DNA of 64,000 nucleotides from Cyanobacteriota bacterium (GTDB taxonomy: Bacteria; Acidobacteriota; Vicinamibacteria; Vicinamibacterales; UBA2999), in assembly GCA_019752015.1 (NCBI GenBank), contig JAIEMQ010000015.1, positions 140,205 through 204,204 of the forward strand. The letters run 5' to 3'. The translations under genes were made by a program, and so were the position numbers. Under the pieces are notes generated by a model. The model saw only the letters and a program-made list of their open reading frames with translations, ran no database searches and was not told the DNA's origin. Of the stretch, positions 30,608 through 42,614 are shown piece by piece (the stretch's first letter is position 1; each line of letters opens with the position of its first letter).

Positions 30608-32740
30608 ATGAAGCGCATCGCAATTCGGGTCGTGCCCGCCCTGGTGCTGCTCGTCGCGGTCTACGCGTGGGTCGCCCCGCTCGTGTCCGGACAGGCTACC
30701 GGTTTCCCGAGCACGAGGAACGGCGAGTGGCCGATGTACACCGCGGACCTTCGCGGCTCGAAGTACTCACCGCTCGATCAGATCACTGGCAGCAACTTCA
30801 GCAAGATGGAAGTCGCGTGGCGCTTGAAGACCGATAACTTCGGTCCGCGGCCCGAAACGAAGCTCGAAGGCACGCCGATCATGGTCAAGGGCATGTTGTA
30901 TGCGACCGCCGGCACGCGCCGCGCCGTCGTGGCCCTCAACCCGGCGACGGGCGAAATCAAGTGGACCTACAGTCTCGACGAGGGCGAGCGCGCCACGCGC
31001 TGGGCGCCGCGTCAGCTGTCAGGCCGCGGCCTCTCGTTCTGGACCGACGGCAAGGGCGACGATCGCGTCATCTACGTGACCACCGGTTATCGCCTCGTCT
31101 CGCTCAATGCGAAGACGGGCCAGCCGGTCGCCGGCTTCGGCACCAACGGCATCGTCGACCTGAAGCAGGGCATCATCATCAACGGCAAGCAGGCGGATCT
31201 CGAGAAGTCGGAAATCGGCCTGCACTCCACGCCGACCGTCGTCAATGACACGATCCTCGTCGGCTCGTCGATGTTCGAAGGCCTCGGCTACGAGTACGCC
31301 ACCAACGTGCAGGGCCAGGCCCGCGCGTTCGACGCGCGCACCGGCAAGCTGCTGTGGTCGTTCCACGGCATCCCGAAGCGCGGCGAGTTCGGCTTCGACA
31401 CGTGGAAGAACGAGTCGGCCGGCTACACCGGCAACAACGGCGTGTGGACGCAGATCACCGCGGACCCCGAAGCCGGCATCGTGTATCTGCCGGTCGAGAC
31501 GCCGACCATCGACGAATACGGCGGCAACCGCCCCGGCGACAACCTGTTCGCCGAATCGCTGGTCGCGGTCGATCTGAAGACCGGCGTGCGCAAGTGGCAC
31601 TTCCAGTTCGTGCATCACCCGCTGTGGGATCACGACATGTCGTCGGCGCCGCTGCTGATCGACACCACGATCGACGGCAAGCCGCGCAAGATCGTCGCGG
31701 TGCCCTCGAAGCAGGGCTGGCTCTACTGCTTCGACCGCATCACCGGCGTGCCGATCTGGCCGATCGAAGAGCGCCCGGTTCCGCAGACGACGATGAAGCA
31801 CGAGCAGACGTCGCCGACGCAGCCGTTCGTCACCAGGCCGGTGCCGTACGCGCGCATCTTCATCCGTCCGGAGGATCTCATCGACTTCACGCCGGCGCTG
31901 CGCGCGCAGGCGCTCGAGAACCTCAAGTTCTTCCGCTGGGAGCAGTCGCCCTACGTTCCGCCGACGGGACCCGAGACCCCGGGCAAGTTCGGCGCGATCA
32001 ACATCGGCAACACCGCGGGCGGCACCAACTGGCCCGGCGCCGGCTTTGACGTCGAGACCGGCATCTTCTACTCGCAGGCCGGCATGACCAACGTGACGGT
32101 CGGCCACTACAGCGAAGAAGAGTTCGCCAAGGTCACGCCCGAGAACAAGGGCAACCGCACGCCGCGTTGGGAAGCCGAACCGAACTACGGCCTGCCCCGC
32201 GCGGCTCCGGCACCGGGCGCGCCTGCCGCGCCCGCCGGTGGCATCAACTTCCCCGGCGGCGAAGGCCGCCGTCGTCTGGCCGAAGGCCTCGAGGGCCTGC
32301 CGATCGTCAAGCCGCCTTACGGCGTCCTCGCCGCAATCGACCTGAAGAACCCGGACAAGCTCCTGTTCCAGGTGCCCCACGGCGACACGCCGGACAACAT
32401 CAAGAACCACCCGCTGCTGAAGGGCATGAACATCCCGAAGACCGGCCAGAGCGGCAGCGTGGGCGTGATGATCACCAAGAACTTCGTGGCCTCGGGCGAC
32501 CCCGGCATCACGACGGTGAACGGCGTGCGCGGCGCATCGCTGCGCGCCTATGACAAGCAGACCGGCGCCGAGCTCGGTTCGGTGCGCGTGCCGGCGCCGA
32601 TCCTCGGCATGCCGATGACCTACTCGGTCGACGGCCGCCAGTACATCGTGGTGGGCGTGAGCGGCGGCAACTACACGGGCGAGTACATCGCGTTCCGGTT
32701 GCCGGCGAGCGAAGTGCCGCGCAGGAATACCGCGCAGTAA
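30608..32740 (+). CDS. PQQ-dependent dehydrogenase (quinoprotein beta-propeller)
   Basis: Signal peptide, W..Y..DLRGSKYSPLDQI, repeated propeller W motifs, 710 aa. Confidence 0.85.
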   Translation: MKRIAIRVVPALVLLVAVYAWVAPLVSGQATGFPSTRNGEWPMYTADLRGSKYSPLDQITGSNFSKMEVAWRLKTDNFGPRPETKLEGTPIMVKGMLYATAGTRRAVVALNPATGEIKWTYSLDEGERATRWAPRQLSGRGLSFWTDGKGDDRVIYVTTGYRLVSLNAKTGQPVAGFGTNGIVDLKQGIIINGKQADLEKSEIGLHSTPTVVNDTILVGSSMFEGLGYEYATNVQGQARAFDARTGKLLWSFHGIPKRGEFGFDTWKNESAGYTGNNGVWTQITADPEAGIVYLPVETPTIDEYGGNRPGDNLFAESLVAVDLKTGVRKWHFQFVHHPLWDHDMSSAPLLIDTTIDGKPRKIVAVPSKQGWLYCFDRITGVPIWPIEERPVPQTTMKHEQTSPTQPFVTRPVPYARIFIRPEDLIDFTPALRAQALENLKFFRWEQSPYVPPTGPETPGKFGAINIGNTAGGTNWPGAGFDVETGIFYSQAGMTNVTVGHYSEEEFAKVTPENKGNRTPRWEAEPNYGLPRAAPAPGAPAAPAGGINFPGGEGRRRLAEGLEGLPIVKPPYGVLAAIDLKNPDKLLFQVPHGDTPDNIKNHPLLKGMNIPKTGQSGSVGVMITKNFVASGDPGITTVNGVRGASLRAYDKQTGAELGSVRVPAPILGMPMTYSVDGRQYIVVGVSGGNYTGEYIAFRLPASEVPRRNTAQ

Positions 32741-32765
32741 CGACCCCACCTCAGCTGTTCGAGAA

Positions 32766-32800
32766 GGGACGGACTCGAAAGGGTCCGTCCCTTTTATTTT
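32766..32800 (+). terminator. rho-independent terminator
   Basis: gggacggac-tcgaaagg-gtccgtccc followed by ttttatttt. Confidence 0.85.
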
Positions 32801-32843
32801 GTTGCTACACTTTTTTCGATGCGCACCCTAGCTCGGCTGTTGA

Positions 32844-35618
<2,775 letters not shown>

Positions 35619-35664
35619 GGCAGCGACCGTTAGACTCACGCCCGGCCGAAGGCCGGGCATTCGC

Positions 35665-36015
35665 TCAGGGCAAGGACTGCGGCGCGGCGAGGCGCGGCGC
35701 CTCGTTCAACACCGGTGAGGTGTGCTTCTCGGTTGCGGGAGCCGGCGCCTCGCCCGGCATGCGGTGCGTGCCTTCCTGCTGCTGTTCGAGGAGCGCCTCG
35801 AGCTCGCCGAAAGCGTCGCCCGCGGAATGGCGCGACTTGGCGACGCGTCTCACGCCGGACTTCGGCTTGGTCGGAGGCGTGTCATCCCACACGCGCATCT
35901 TTTCGCGGCGGCCCCAGATCGAGAGGGCGAGGCCAACGCCGAACCACGCTGCCCACTGCGCAGCGAGGGCCACCGGCATCGCCAGCAACAAGCCTTTCAG
36001 ATCGTCCATCGACAT
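35665..36015 (-). CDS. small membrane protein, hypothetical
   Basis: 116 aa with an N-terminal hydrophobic segment. Only 4 nt downstream of 36020..36703, so probably co-transcribed. Confidence 0.5.
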   Translation of the reverse strand: MSMDDLKGLLLAMPVALAAQWAAWFGVGLALSIWGRREKMRVWDDTPPTKPKSGVRRVAKSRHSAGDAFGELEALLEQQQEGTHRMPGEAPAPATEKHTSPVLNEAPRLAAPQSLP

Positions 36016-36019
36016 ATCG

Positions 36020-36703
36020 TTACGGGACCCACGAGAAGCGGTCCGCGCCTCCGAGTGAATACTTGGTCAACAAGGCTTCGAAGATCGGCGCACGGACCGC
36101 CTGCGAAGCCATCGCGGAGCGAAGCGATTGATCGATGTTGACGTTCTCATCCTGCTCGAGCACCAGGATGATCACGACGCGGCGCTGATCGGACGTTTCG
36201 TCCACGCCGGTCGGCGCATGATGGCCGACATTGAGTTTGCGCACCGGGATCGGGCGGTTGAGCGCCTCACGGACCCACACCGCAATCTTTTCGGCGCGGC
36301 GCGCGGCGCGCTTCTCTTCTTCGACGCGGCCCTCGGGGAACGACTTGCCCGGAGGAATCTCTTCCGAGCTGGCGCCGACGGTGATGATTTCGCGGGCGCT
36401 GTTGAGCACCGCCTTCATCTCCGGCGTAAACTGCGGACGGGCGCCGCCGCTTTCGACGGCGTCGAACGAATTGATGCGCCAGCGGAACTCGTCGCTGAAC
36501 AGCATGATGCGAAACGTCGCCTTGTTGCCCTCTTCGTCCGGGACGTTGCGAACCGTCACGTCCTTCATGACTTCGGGCGGCGTCGGGACGATGTACCACG
36601 CCTGGCGTACCTGGCCGGCGGTCGCGCCGGCGAGCCAGCCGCCGGCAATGACCCAGGCGACCGTGACGACATACCGTGAATATCTGACCAGTTTGTGCAC
36701 CAT
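36020..36703 (-). CDS. membrane-anchored hypothetical protein (weak OmpA/MotB-C-like pattern)
   Basis: TM VVTVAWVIAGGWLAGATAG. IITVGASSEE...KRAARRAEKIAVWV...DQRRVVIILV resembles the OmpA_C pattern (by eye only). Confidence 0.55.
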   Translation of the reverse strand: MVHKLVRYSRYVVTVAWVIAGGWLAGATAGQVRQAWYIVPTPPEVMKDVTVRNVPDEEGNKATFRIMLFSDEFRWRINSFDAVESGGARPQFTPEMKAVLNSAREIITVGASSEEIPPGKSFPEGRVEEEKRAARRAEKIAVWVREALNRPIPVRKLNVGHHAPTGVDETSDQRRVVIILVLEQDENVNIDQSLRSAMASQAVRAPIFEALLTKYSLGGADRFSWVP

Positions 36704-36824
36704 GTCTTACCGCCAAGCTGCAGGAATACTGCCAAGCGCTTATCGGCCAAAATGGCCTGAAAATATAGGCCTCGATTACGGAATTGTTGGTGCCTGATCA
36801 ATTTTGGGAGCATCCAATCGACAG

Positions 36825-37946
36825 ATGATCCAGCCCACCTACCCCGCCGCCAATCTTGTCGCTGACGCGGTGCAGGCGCATTTTGCCCGCCATATTGCGG
36901 CCGCGCGGCCGACAGATTTGGTGAATGGCGCGGATTCGCCGCCGCCGCTGGCGATCGCCTCGATCATCGACGCCGCGTTCTGGGCCAGCCTGCGACGAGA
37001 AGAAGGACAGGCGCCGAAGATTTCGCTCGCGTTTCTTCCTCCTGAACATGCGAAGCATCCGCTGCTGTTCGCGCAGAAGCTGCCGCTCGCGCCCGCGGTG
37101 TTGTCGAAAGTGGCGCCGGCCGTCGAGCGCCCCGGCATTCATCTCGGCGTGTGGCGCAACGGCGAGGAACTTTTCGTGTGGGGCACGACGCGCGAAGTCC
37201 CCGCCTTCTGTCTCGTCGTCGAAGTCGTCGCCTCCGGCTTGATCGTCGTCAAGCATCGCTTCGAGCAGTTCGGCAAGTTCGTGAACGTGGCGGTGCTCGA
37301 AGGCGATCAGATCAAGATCGTGGACGAGGGCGTCGGACGGGTGATGCCCGACTGCCCGCACGTGGTGTCGTCGCTCGCGGGCGCGATCGATCACAAGTCC
37401 GCGTCGGGCGTCACGGCGGTGCTGATTCTCCTGGCGACGTCGATGCGGCAACACGGCCGCGGCGGCGCGCTGCTCGTGGTGCCGACGGGCACCGACGCGT
37501 GGCGCGACTCGATCGTGACGCCGGTGTTGTACGCGGTCGATCCGCCGTACTCGGAGCTGGCGCAGCTGATGAAACTGAAGAACCCGGACCCCGACGACCT
37601 GAAGCGCGCGGTGGATGCGATCGCGGGGCTGACGGCGGTCGATGGCGCGACCATCATCAACGATCGCTACGACCTGCTGGCGTTTGGCGCGAAGATCTCG
37701 CGGCGGCGCGGCAGCACCACGGTCGAGCAGGTCAATGTGACGGAGCCGGTCGAAGGCAGCATCTCGACCATCGCAACACCGGCGCAGCTCGGCGGGACGC
37801 GCCACTTTTCAGCCGCGCAGTTCGTCCACGATCAGCGCGACGCGATGGCGCTCGTCGCGTCGCAGGACGGGCGCTTCACGATCTTCAAGTGGTCGCCGCG
37901 CGAGGCGTTCGTCCACGCGCACCGCGTGGACGCGCTGTTACTCTGA
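36825..37946 (+). CDS. DAC (DisA_N / diadenylate-cyclase) fold protein with an unrecognised N-terminal half
   Basis: GGALLVVP, AVDGATIIN (DGA motif), GGTRHFSAAQFV...DAMALVASQDGRFTIF (compare GTRHRAA...VVSEE.G.IS of CdaA/DisA). Confidence 0.7.
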   Translation: MIQPTYPAANLVADAVQAHFARHIAAARPTDLVNGADSPPPLAIASIIDAAFWASLRREEGQAPKISLAFLPPEHAKHPLLFAQKLPLAPAVLSKVAPAVERPGIHLGVWRNGEELFVWGTTREVPAFCLVVEVVASGLIVVKHRFEQFGKFVNVAVLEGDQIKIVDEGVGRVMPDCPHVVSSLAGAIDHKSASGVTAVLILLATSMRQHGRGGALLVVPTGTDAWRDSIVTPVLYAVDPPYSELAQLMKLKNPDPDDLKRAVDAIAGLTAVDGATIINDRYDLLAFGAKISRRRGSTTVEQVNVTEPVEGSISTIATPAQLGGTRHFSAAQFVHDQRDAMALVASQDGRFTIFKWSPREAFVHAHRVDALLL

Positions 37947-38615
37947 CATCCCTTCGGGGACGTCGCCTTCTTCCAGCGGCAACATTTCTTCCGGTACCGG
38001 CCGTTCCATCAGGACCGGCGGCGGCTCGAATCCAAGCTGCTGCGCCATGTCTTCGATCTTCGGCAGGTCGGTGAGGTCGTTGAGGCCGAAGCGAATCAGG
38101 AATTCCTTGGTCGTCCCGTAGAGGAACGGGCGGCCGATCACGTTCTTGCGGCCGACGATCTTGATCAGATGCCGTTCGAGGAGAGTCGACAACACGCCCG
38201 ACGTGTTGACGCTGCGGATCTCGCCAATCTCCGCCGCGGTCACCGGCTGCTTATACGCAATCACGGACAGGGTTTCGAGCGCCGCCACCGAGAGCTTGCT
38301 CGCGGAGCGCTCGTGGAACAGCCGCCGCACCCACTCGTGATATTCGGGCCGCGTCGTGATCTGGTAACCGCCGGCGACTTCGGCAATGTGCAGGCCGCCG
38401 CGATCGACGTAATCCGCCTTGAGCGCCTCGAGCGCCGCCTTGACGTCTTCCTTGGGCTCGTCGTTCAGCAGCCGGTTCAGCAGGCGCGGCGTGATCGGAT
38501 CCGGCGACGCAAACACCAGCGCCTCAATCACCGCCTTGAGCTGCGCCAACTCCATCCTGGGGACGGGTGCGTCGGGTGCATCGGGTGCGTCAGGTGCCGT
38601 GGTCTCGTCGCTCAT
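37938..38615 (-). CDS. scpB: SMC-Scp complex subunit ScpB
   Basis: ALVFAS..P, EVAGGYQ, YKQPVT..EI..IRGV-like motifs. The N-terminus carries APD x3 from a 9-nt repeat. Confidence 0.9.
   Translation of the reverse strand: MSDETTAPDAPDAPDAPVPRMELAQLKAVIEALVFASPDPITPRLLNRLLNDEPKEDVKAALEALKADYVDRGGLHIAEVAGGYQITTRPEYHEWVRRLFHERSASKLSVAALETLSVIAYKQPVTAAEIGEIRSVNTSGVLSTLLERHLIKIVGRKNVIGRPFLYGTTKEFLIRFGLNDLTDLPKIEDMAQQLGFEPPPVLMERPVPEEMLPLEEGDVPEGMSE
38565..38600. repeat. 9-nt tandem repeat (GGGTGCRTC x4) in the scpB 5' end
   Basis: gggtgcgtc gggtgcatc gggtgcgtc aggtgccgt. Encodes APDAPDAPDAP. Confidence 0.85.
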
Positions 38616-39541
38616 TTCTTGTCGTCCTCTGTGCCGGTTCCCGGCTCCCGGCTCCCGGCTGCCGGCCCCTCGACTTCGCTCGGGGCCGCCCTGAGCTTGT
38701 CGAAGGGCGGATGATGTGCTTTGTATTCATCCTCAGGGTCGTGAATCGGGTGCGGCGCGTCCGTTGGGCGGGCGCGTTTGTAAACGCGGATCGCGCCGAC
38801 GCCGCCCTGCTGGAACACGCGAATCAGCTTCAAGCGGATCATTTCCAGCAGCGCCAGGAACGTGACGATCATGCCGGTGCGGGTGGCATCGCCCTCGAAG
38901 AGCTCCTCGAAGCCGCACGCCTCGGTTTCCGACAGCCGCTCGAGCATCTGCTCGATGCGCGCCTCGATCGAGATCTCCTCGGGCGGCAGCGGCACCGGCG
39001 GCCGCTCGCGGGCGCGCTCGAGGACCTGCTTGAACGCGGACAACAGGCTGAACAGGTCGACTTCGATCTCCGGCTCGTAATCGCCGCCGGCAATTTCCTC
39101 GATGCGCGAATCGGGGCGGGCCCACTGCGCGCTGCGCAGCGTTTCCTTGTCGTGCAGCATCTCCGCCGCGGCCTTGAACTTCTGGTGCTCGAGCAGGCGG
39201 CGCACCAGCGCGTCGCGCGGATCCTCTTCCTCCAGCGGATCGCCCGCCGCCGTCTCCGGCCGCGGCAGCAGCATCTTGCTCTTGATGTGGATCAGCGTCG
39301 CCGCCATCACCAGGAATTCGCTGGCGACGTCGAGATTGAGCTCCTGCATCAGGTCGAGGTACTCGAGGTATTGCCGGGTGATGACGGAGATCTGGATGTC
39401 GTAGACGTTCATCTGGTTCCTCTTGATCAGATGAACGAGCAGATCGAGCGGGCCTTCGAAGGCCTGCACCTTGATCTGGATCGACTCGAGCTGCGACTCG
39501 AAGAGGTCTTCGCCGCCGGGGTTCTGAGGAGTGTCGGCCAT
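38612..39541 (-). CDS. scpA: segregation and condensation protein A (kleisin)
   Basis: FEGPLDLLVHLI, typical ScpA length plus about 45 aa of repeat-encoded C-terminal tail. ATGA overlap with scpB. Confidence 0.9.
   Translation of the reverse strand: MADTPQNPGGEDLFESQLESIQIKVQAFEGPLDLLVHLIKRNQMNVYDIQISVITRQYLEYLDLMQELNLDVASEFLVMAATLIHIKSKMLLPRPETAAGDPLEEEDPRDALVRRLLEHQKFKAAAEMLHDKETLRSAQWARPDSRIEEIAGGDYEPEIEVDLFSLLSAFKQVLERARERPPVPLPPEEISIEARIEQMLERLSETEACGFEELFEGDATRTGMIVTFLALLEMIRLKLIRVFQQGGVGAIRVYKRARPTDAPHPIHDPEDEYKAHHPPFDKLRAAPSEVEGPAAGSREPGTGTEDDKK
38634..38707. repeat. CCGGYTC heptamer array immediately followed by a 42-nt REP-like palindrome, inside the scpA 3' end
   Basis: ccggttcccggctcccggctcccggctgccgg + cccctcgacttcgctcggggccgccctgagcttgtcgaaggg. 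Confidence 0.88.
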
Positions 39542-40536
39542 CAGTATTTCAGCTTCACGGCCTCGCGGACGCGCTCCATGGTCTGATGGGCCACGCCCTG
39601 CGCCTTCTTCGAGCCATCGATCAGCACATCACGAATGTAACCGGGCTTCGCGAGTGCGTTGGCGCGCCGCTCGCGGATCGGGTCGAGCACATTGTTGATC
39701 GCAACGGCGAGCTTGGTCTTGACCTCGACGTCTCCGACTTTGCCGGCGCGGTAGCGCGTCTTCAGATCCTCGACCTCTTCCTTGTTCGGATTGAACGCAT
39801 CGTGGTACTCGAAGACCGGGTTGCCTTCGACCGTGCCGGGAATGTCCGCGCGCACGCGCTTCGGGTCGGTGTACATCTGGCGCACTTTGTTCTGCACCGT
39901 CCTGGCGTCGTCCGACAGGTTGATGGTGTTGTTGTAGCTCTTGCTCATCTTCCGGTTGTCGAGGCCCGGCAGGCGCGACGTCTTCGTCAGGATCTGCATC
40001 GGCTCGATCAATTTCGCGTCCGGGTAGAAATTGTTGAAGCGGCGCACCACCTCGCGCGTCAGCTCGAGGTGCGGGACCTGGTCGTCGCCGACCGGCACCT
40101 TGTGCGCGTCGTACACCGCGATGTCGGCCGCCTGCAGCAGCGGATAACCGAGAAAGCCGATGCTCGAGAGATCACGATCGCTCAGCTGCTCGACCTGCTC
40201 CTTGTAGGTCGGCACGCGCTCGAGCCACGGGATTGGCGTCACCATCTGGAACAGCAGATACAGCTCGGCATGTTCCGGCACGAGCGACTGGATGAAGAAC
40301 GTGCTCTTCTCGGGATCGAGGCCGGCGCCGATCCAGTCGGCGACGTTGTCGAAGGTGTTCTCGACGATCTCGCTGGTGTCGTTGTAGTTGGTCGTCAGCG
40401 CGTGCCAGTCGACGATGCAGTGATAGGAGTCGTATTGCGACTGCATCTCCACCCAGTTGTGCAGCGCGCCAACAAGGTGGCCGAGATGAAGTTTTCCCGT
40501 CGGGCGCATTCCCGACAACACGCGTTGCTTCGACAC
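39541..40536 (-). CDS. trpS: tryptophan--tRNA ligase
   Basis: GKLHLGH and KMSKS motifs. GTG 40536 (or ATG 40509). The listed 549-aa ORF N-terminus overlaps the M50 gene and is rejected. Confidence 0.9.
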   Translation of the reverse strand: MSKQRVLSGMRPTGKLHLGHLVGALHNWVEMQSQYDSYHCIVDWHALTTNYNDTSEIVENTFDNVADWIGAGLDPEKSTFFIQSLVPEHAELYLLFQMVTPIPWLERVPTYKEQVEQLSDRDLSSIGFLGYPLLQAADIAVYDAHKVPVGDDQVPHLELTREVVRRFNNFYPDAKLIEPMQILTKTSRLPGLDNRKMSKSYNNTINLSDDARTVQNKVRQMYTDPKRVRADIPGTVEGNPVFEYHDAFNPNKEEVEDLKTRYRAGKVGDVEVKTKLAVAINNVLDPIRERRANALAKPGYIRDVLIDGSKKAQGVAHQTMERVREAVKLKY

Positions 40537-41252
40537 TAAACACCCAGCAGGTAGCGCAAATAGTCGACGATCGGCCCGAGGATCCTGTTCAACGCGCCGG
40601 TCAGCATCAGCGCGTAGAGAATCAGGATTCCATACGGCCGCATCTGCTCGACGAGCTTCGCCGAGTTGGCGGGCAGCACGCCGATCAGGACGTTGCCGCC
40701 GTCGAGCGGCGGCACCGGAATCATATTGAACACTGCCAGCAGCACGTTGACCACCGCGAAAGTGAAGAGCAGCGGCAGCAGCGCGTCGCTCAGCGTGCCC
40801 CCGACAAAGTTGCCGGGCCCGGCAATATCGCGGACGACCGCAAGCACTGCCGCGCCGATGGCGGCCATCACCAGGTTGCTGGCCGGCCCCGCGGCGGCGA
40901 TCAGCGCGAAGTCGCGCTTCGGGTGCTTCAGGTATCGAAAATCGACCGGCACCGGCTTGGCCCAGCCAATCAGCGGCACGCCGGTGACGTACGCGATCAA
41001 CGGAAACAGCAGCGTGCCGATCGGATCGACGTGGACGGCGGGATTGAGCGACAGCCGGCCGAGATGACGCGCGGTCGGATCGCCGAGCCGGTCGGCGGCA
41101 AACGCGTGCGCGGCCTCGTGCACGGACAGCGACGTGATCAGCACGACCAGGACGATTAGGATTTCGGTTAAATCGATGCCGCCCAAACAAGAAATGCTAT
41201 CACGCGAGTCGCCGGGCGACGCGGCGGATTGTGGCCAGCAATTGCTCGACAT
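40536..41252 (-). CDS. site-2 protease family (peptidase M50) membrane protein
   Basis: HEAAHAF zinc motif, multiple TM segments. The start is uncertain. Confidence 0.8.
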   Translation of the reverse strand: MSSNCWPQSAASPGDSRDSISCLGGIDLTEILIVLVVLITSLSVHEAAHAFAADRLGDPTARHLGRLSLNPAVHVDPIGTLLFPLIAYVTGVPLIGWAKPVPVDFRYLKHPKRDFALIAAAGPASNLVMAAIGAAVLAVVRDIAGPGNFVGGTLSDALLPLLFTFAVVNVLLAVFNMIPVPPLDGGNVLIGVLPANSAKLVEQMRPYGILILYALMLTGALNRILGPIVDYLRYLLGV

Positions 41253-42614
41253 CCGCCATCGTCGTCCGGTAGTTGACAATGCAGGCGCGCAGGGCGAAGC
41301 GGCCGTTGATGGCCGCATTTGAGAGATACGAATCGCCGTCTCGCTGGACGTCGACCATCAATCTCCTGTTGAAGTCGTCGTCTCCGCCCCGGTAGCGGAA
41401 GCAGACAATGCTGAGCGGCGCCGGCGCCAGCAGTTCGAAGTCGCTGCTCTGCTCGACCAGCGCGGCGAGATGCCTGGCCACCGCGATGTTGCTGTCGATG
41501 GCCTCCTGGACGGCGCGCGCGCCGTGAATCTTCAGCAGGAACCAGATCTTCAGCGCGCGAAAGCGGCGCGACAGCTCGGGGCCGTGATCCCAATACGCGA
41601 ACTCCGACATGTCCTTGTCGGCGACGACGTCAATGTAGCCGGCGCCGGTCGAGAACGCGCCTTGCATCGCGGCGGCATCACGAACGAGCAGACACCCGGC
41701 GTCCGTGGGCGCGAAGAGCCACTTGTGGGGATCGAGCGACATTGAATCGACGCGCGCCAACGCCTTCATGGCGCCGCCGACGTGCGTCGATCGCGCGGCG
41801 AGCGCTCATACGAACCGTCAACGTGCAGCCACAGCTTGTGTGCCGCGCAGACATCCGCGATCGCATCGAGCGGATCGATCGCGCCGGTATTCACGTCACC
41901 GGCCGTGGCGACGACGCAGACTGGGTGGAAGCCGGCGGCACGATCGGCTTTGATCCATGATGACAGCGCGACGGCGTCCATCTGGAAGGCGTTGTTGACG
42001 GGGAGCGTCTCGATCGCGTCTTTGCCGATGCCGAGCATCGATGCGGCCTTGCCGATCGACATGTGCGTCATCGACGAGGTGTAGATGCGGGGCTTACCCG
42101 GCAGCGCGCCGACGCCGCGCTGATTGAGATCGATGTCCGTGCTCGCGCGCAGCGCCACGGCGAGCCCAGCGAAGTTCGCCATCGAGCCGCCGCTCATGAG
42201 GACACCGATGCCTTGCGGTCCGAAACCGACCATCTCCTTCAGCCACTCGATGACCTGGTGCTCGATCGTGGTCGGCGCCGGCGCCGAGCGCCATGACGTG
42301 ACGTTCTGATTGATCGCGGACGCGATCAGATCGCCCATGACGCCGGCGAAGCTCGCGGATGACTGCACGTAGCCGAACATGCGCGGATGACCGTTGTGGC
42401 GGCCGTGATCGGCAATGCGCTGAACATCCGCCATCACGCTGGTCAGGTCTTCGGGCTGAACCGGCAGTGACCCCGCCAGCAGCGAGGACAGATCCTTGGC
42501 GCTGACAGTTGGATAAATCGGCAGCTGGGATTGTGCGGCGAAATACTTCAGGGCCCAGTCAAGGGCGGCCCGGCCAAGCTGCGCGCGCTGGGCCTCGCTC
42601 AGCTCGATGCTCAT
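41200..42614 (-). pseudogene. pyridoxal-dependent decarboxylase interrupted by a 1-nt frameshift
   Basis: ORF 41766..42614 ends ...LWLHVDGSY then goes out of frame. ORF 41200..41769 continues ...SMSLDPHKW. Adding one G at tatg|agcgc (plus-strand about 41807) gives VDGSYGALAARSTHVGGAMKALARVDSMSLDPHKW. Confidence 0.8.

Noticed and set aside
39541-41190. 549-aa ORF suggesting a long N-terminal extension on TrpS
   Set aside because: The extension is Arg/Ala-rich nonsense and overlaps the well-supported M50 protease gene in another frame. The TrpS homology begins at [20 protein letters not shown] (start 40536 or 40509).
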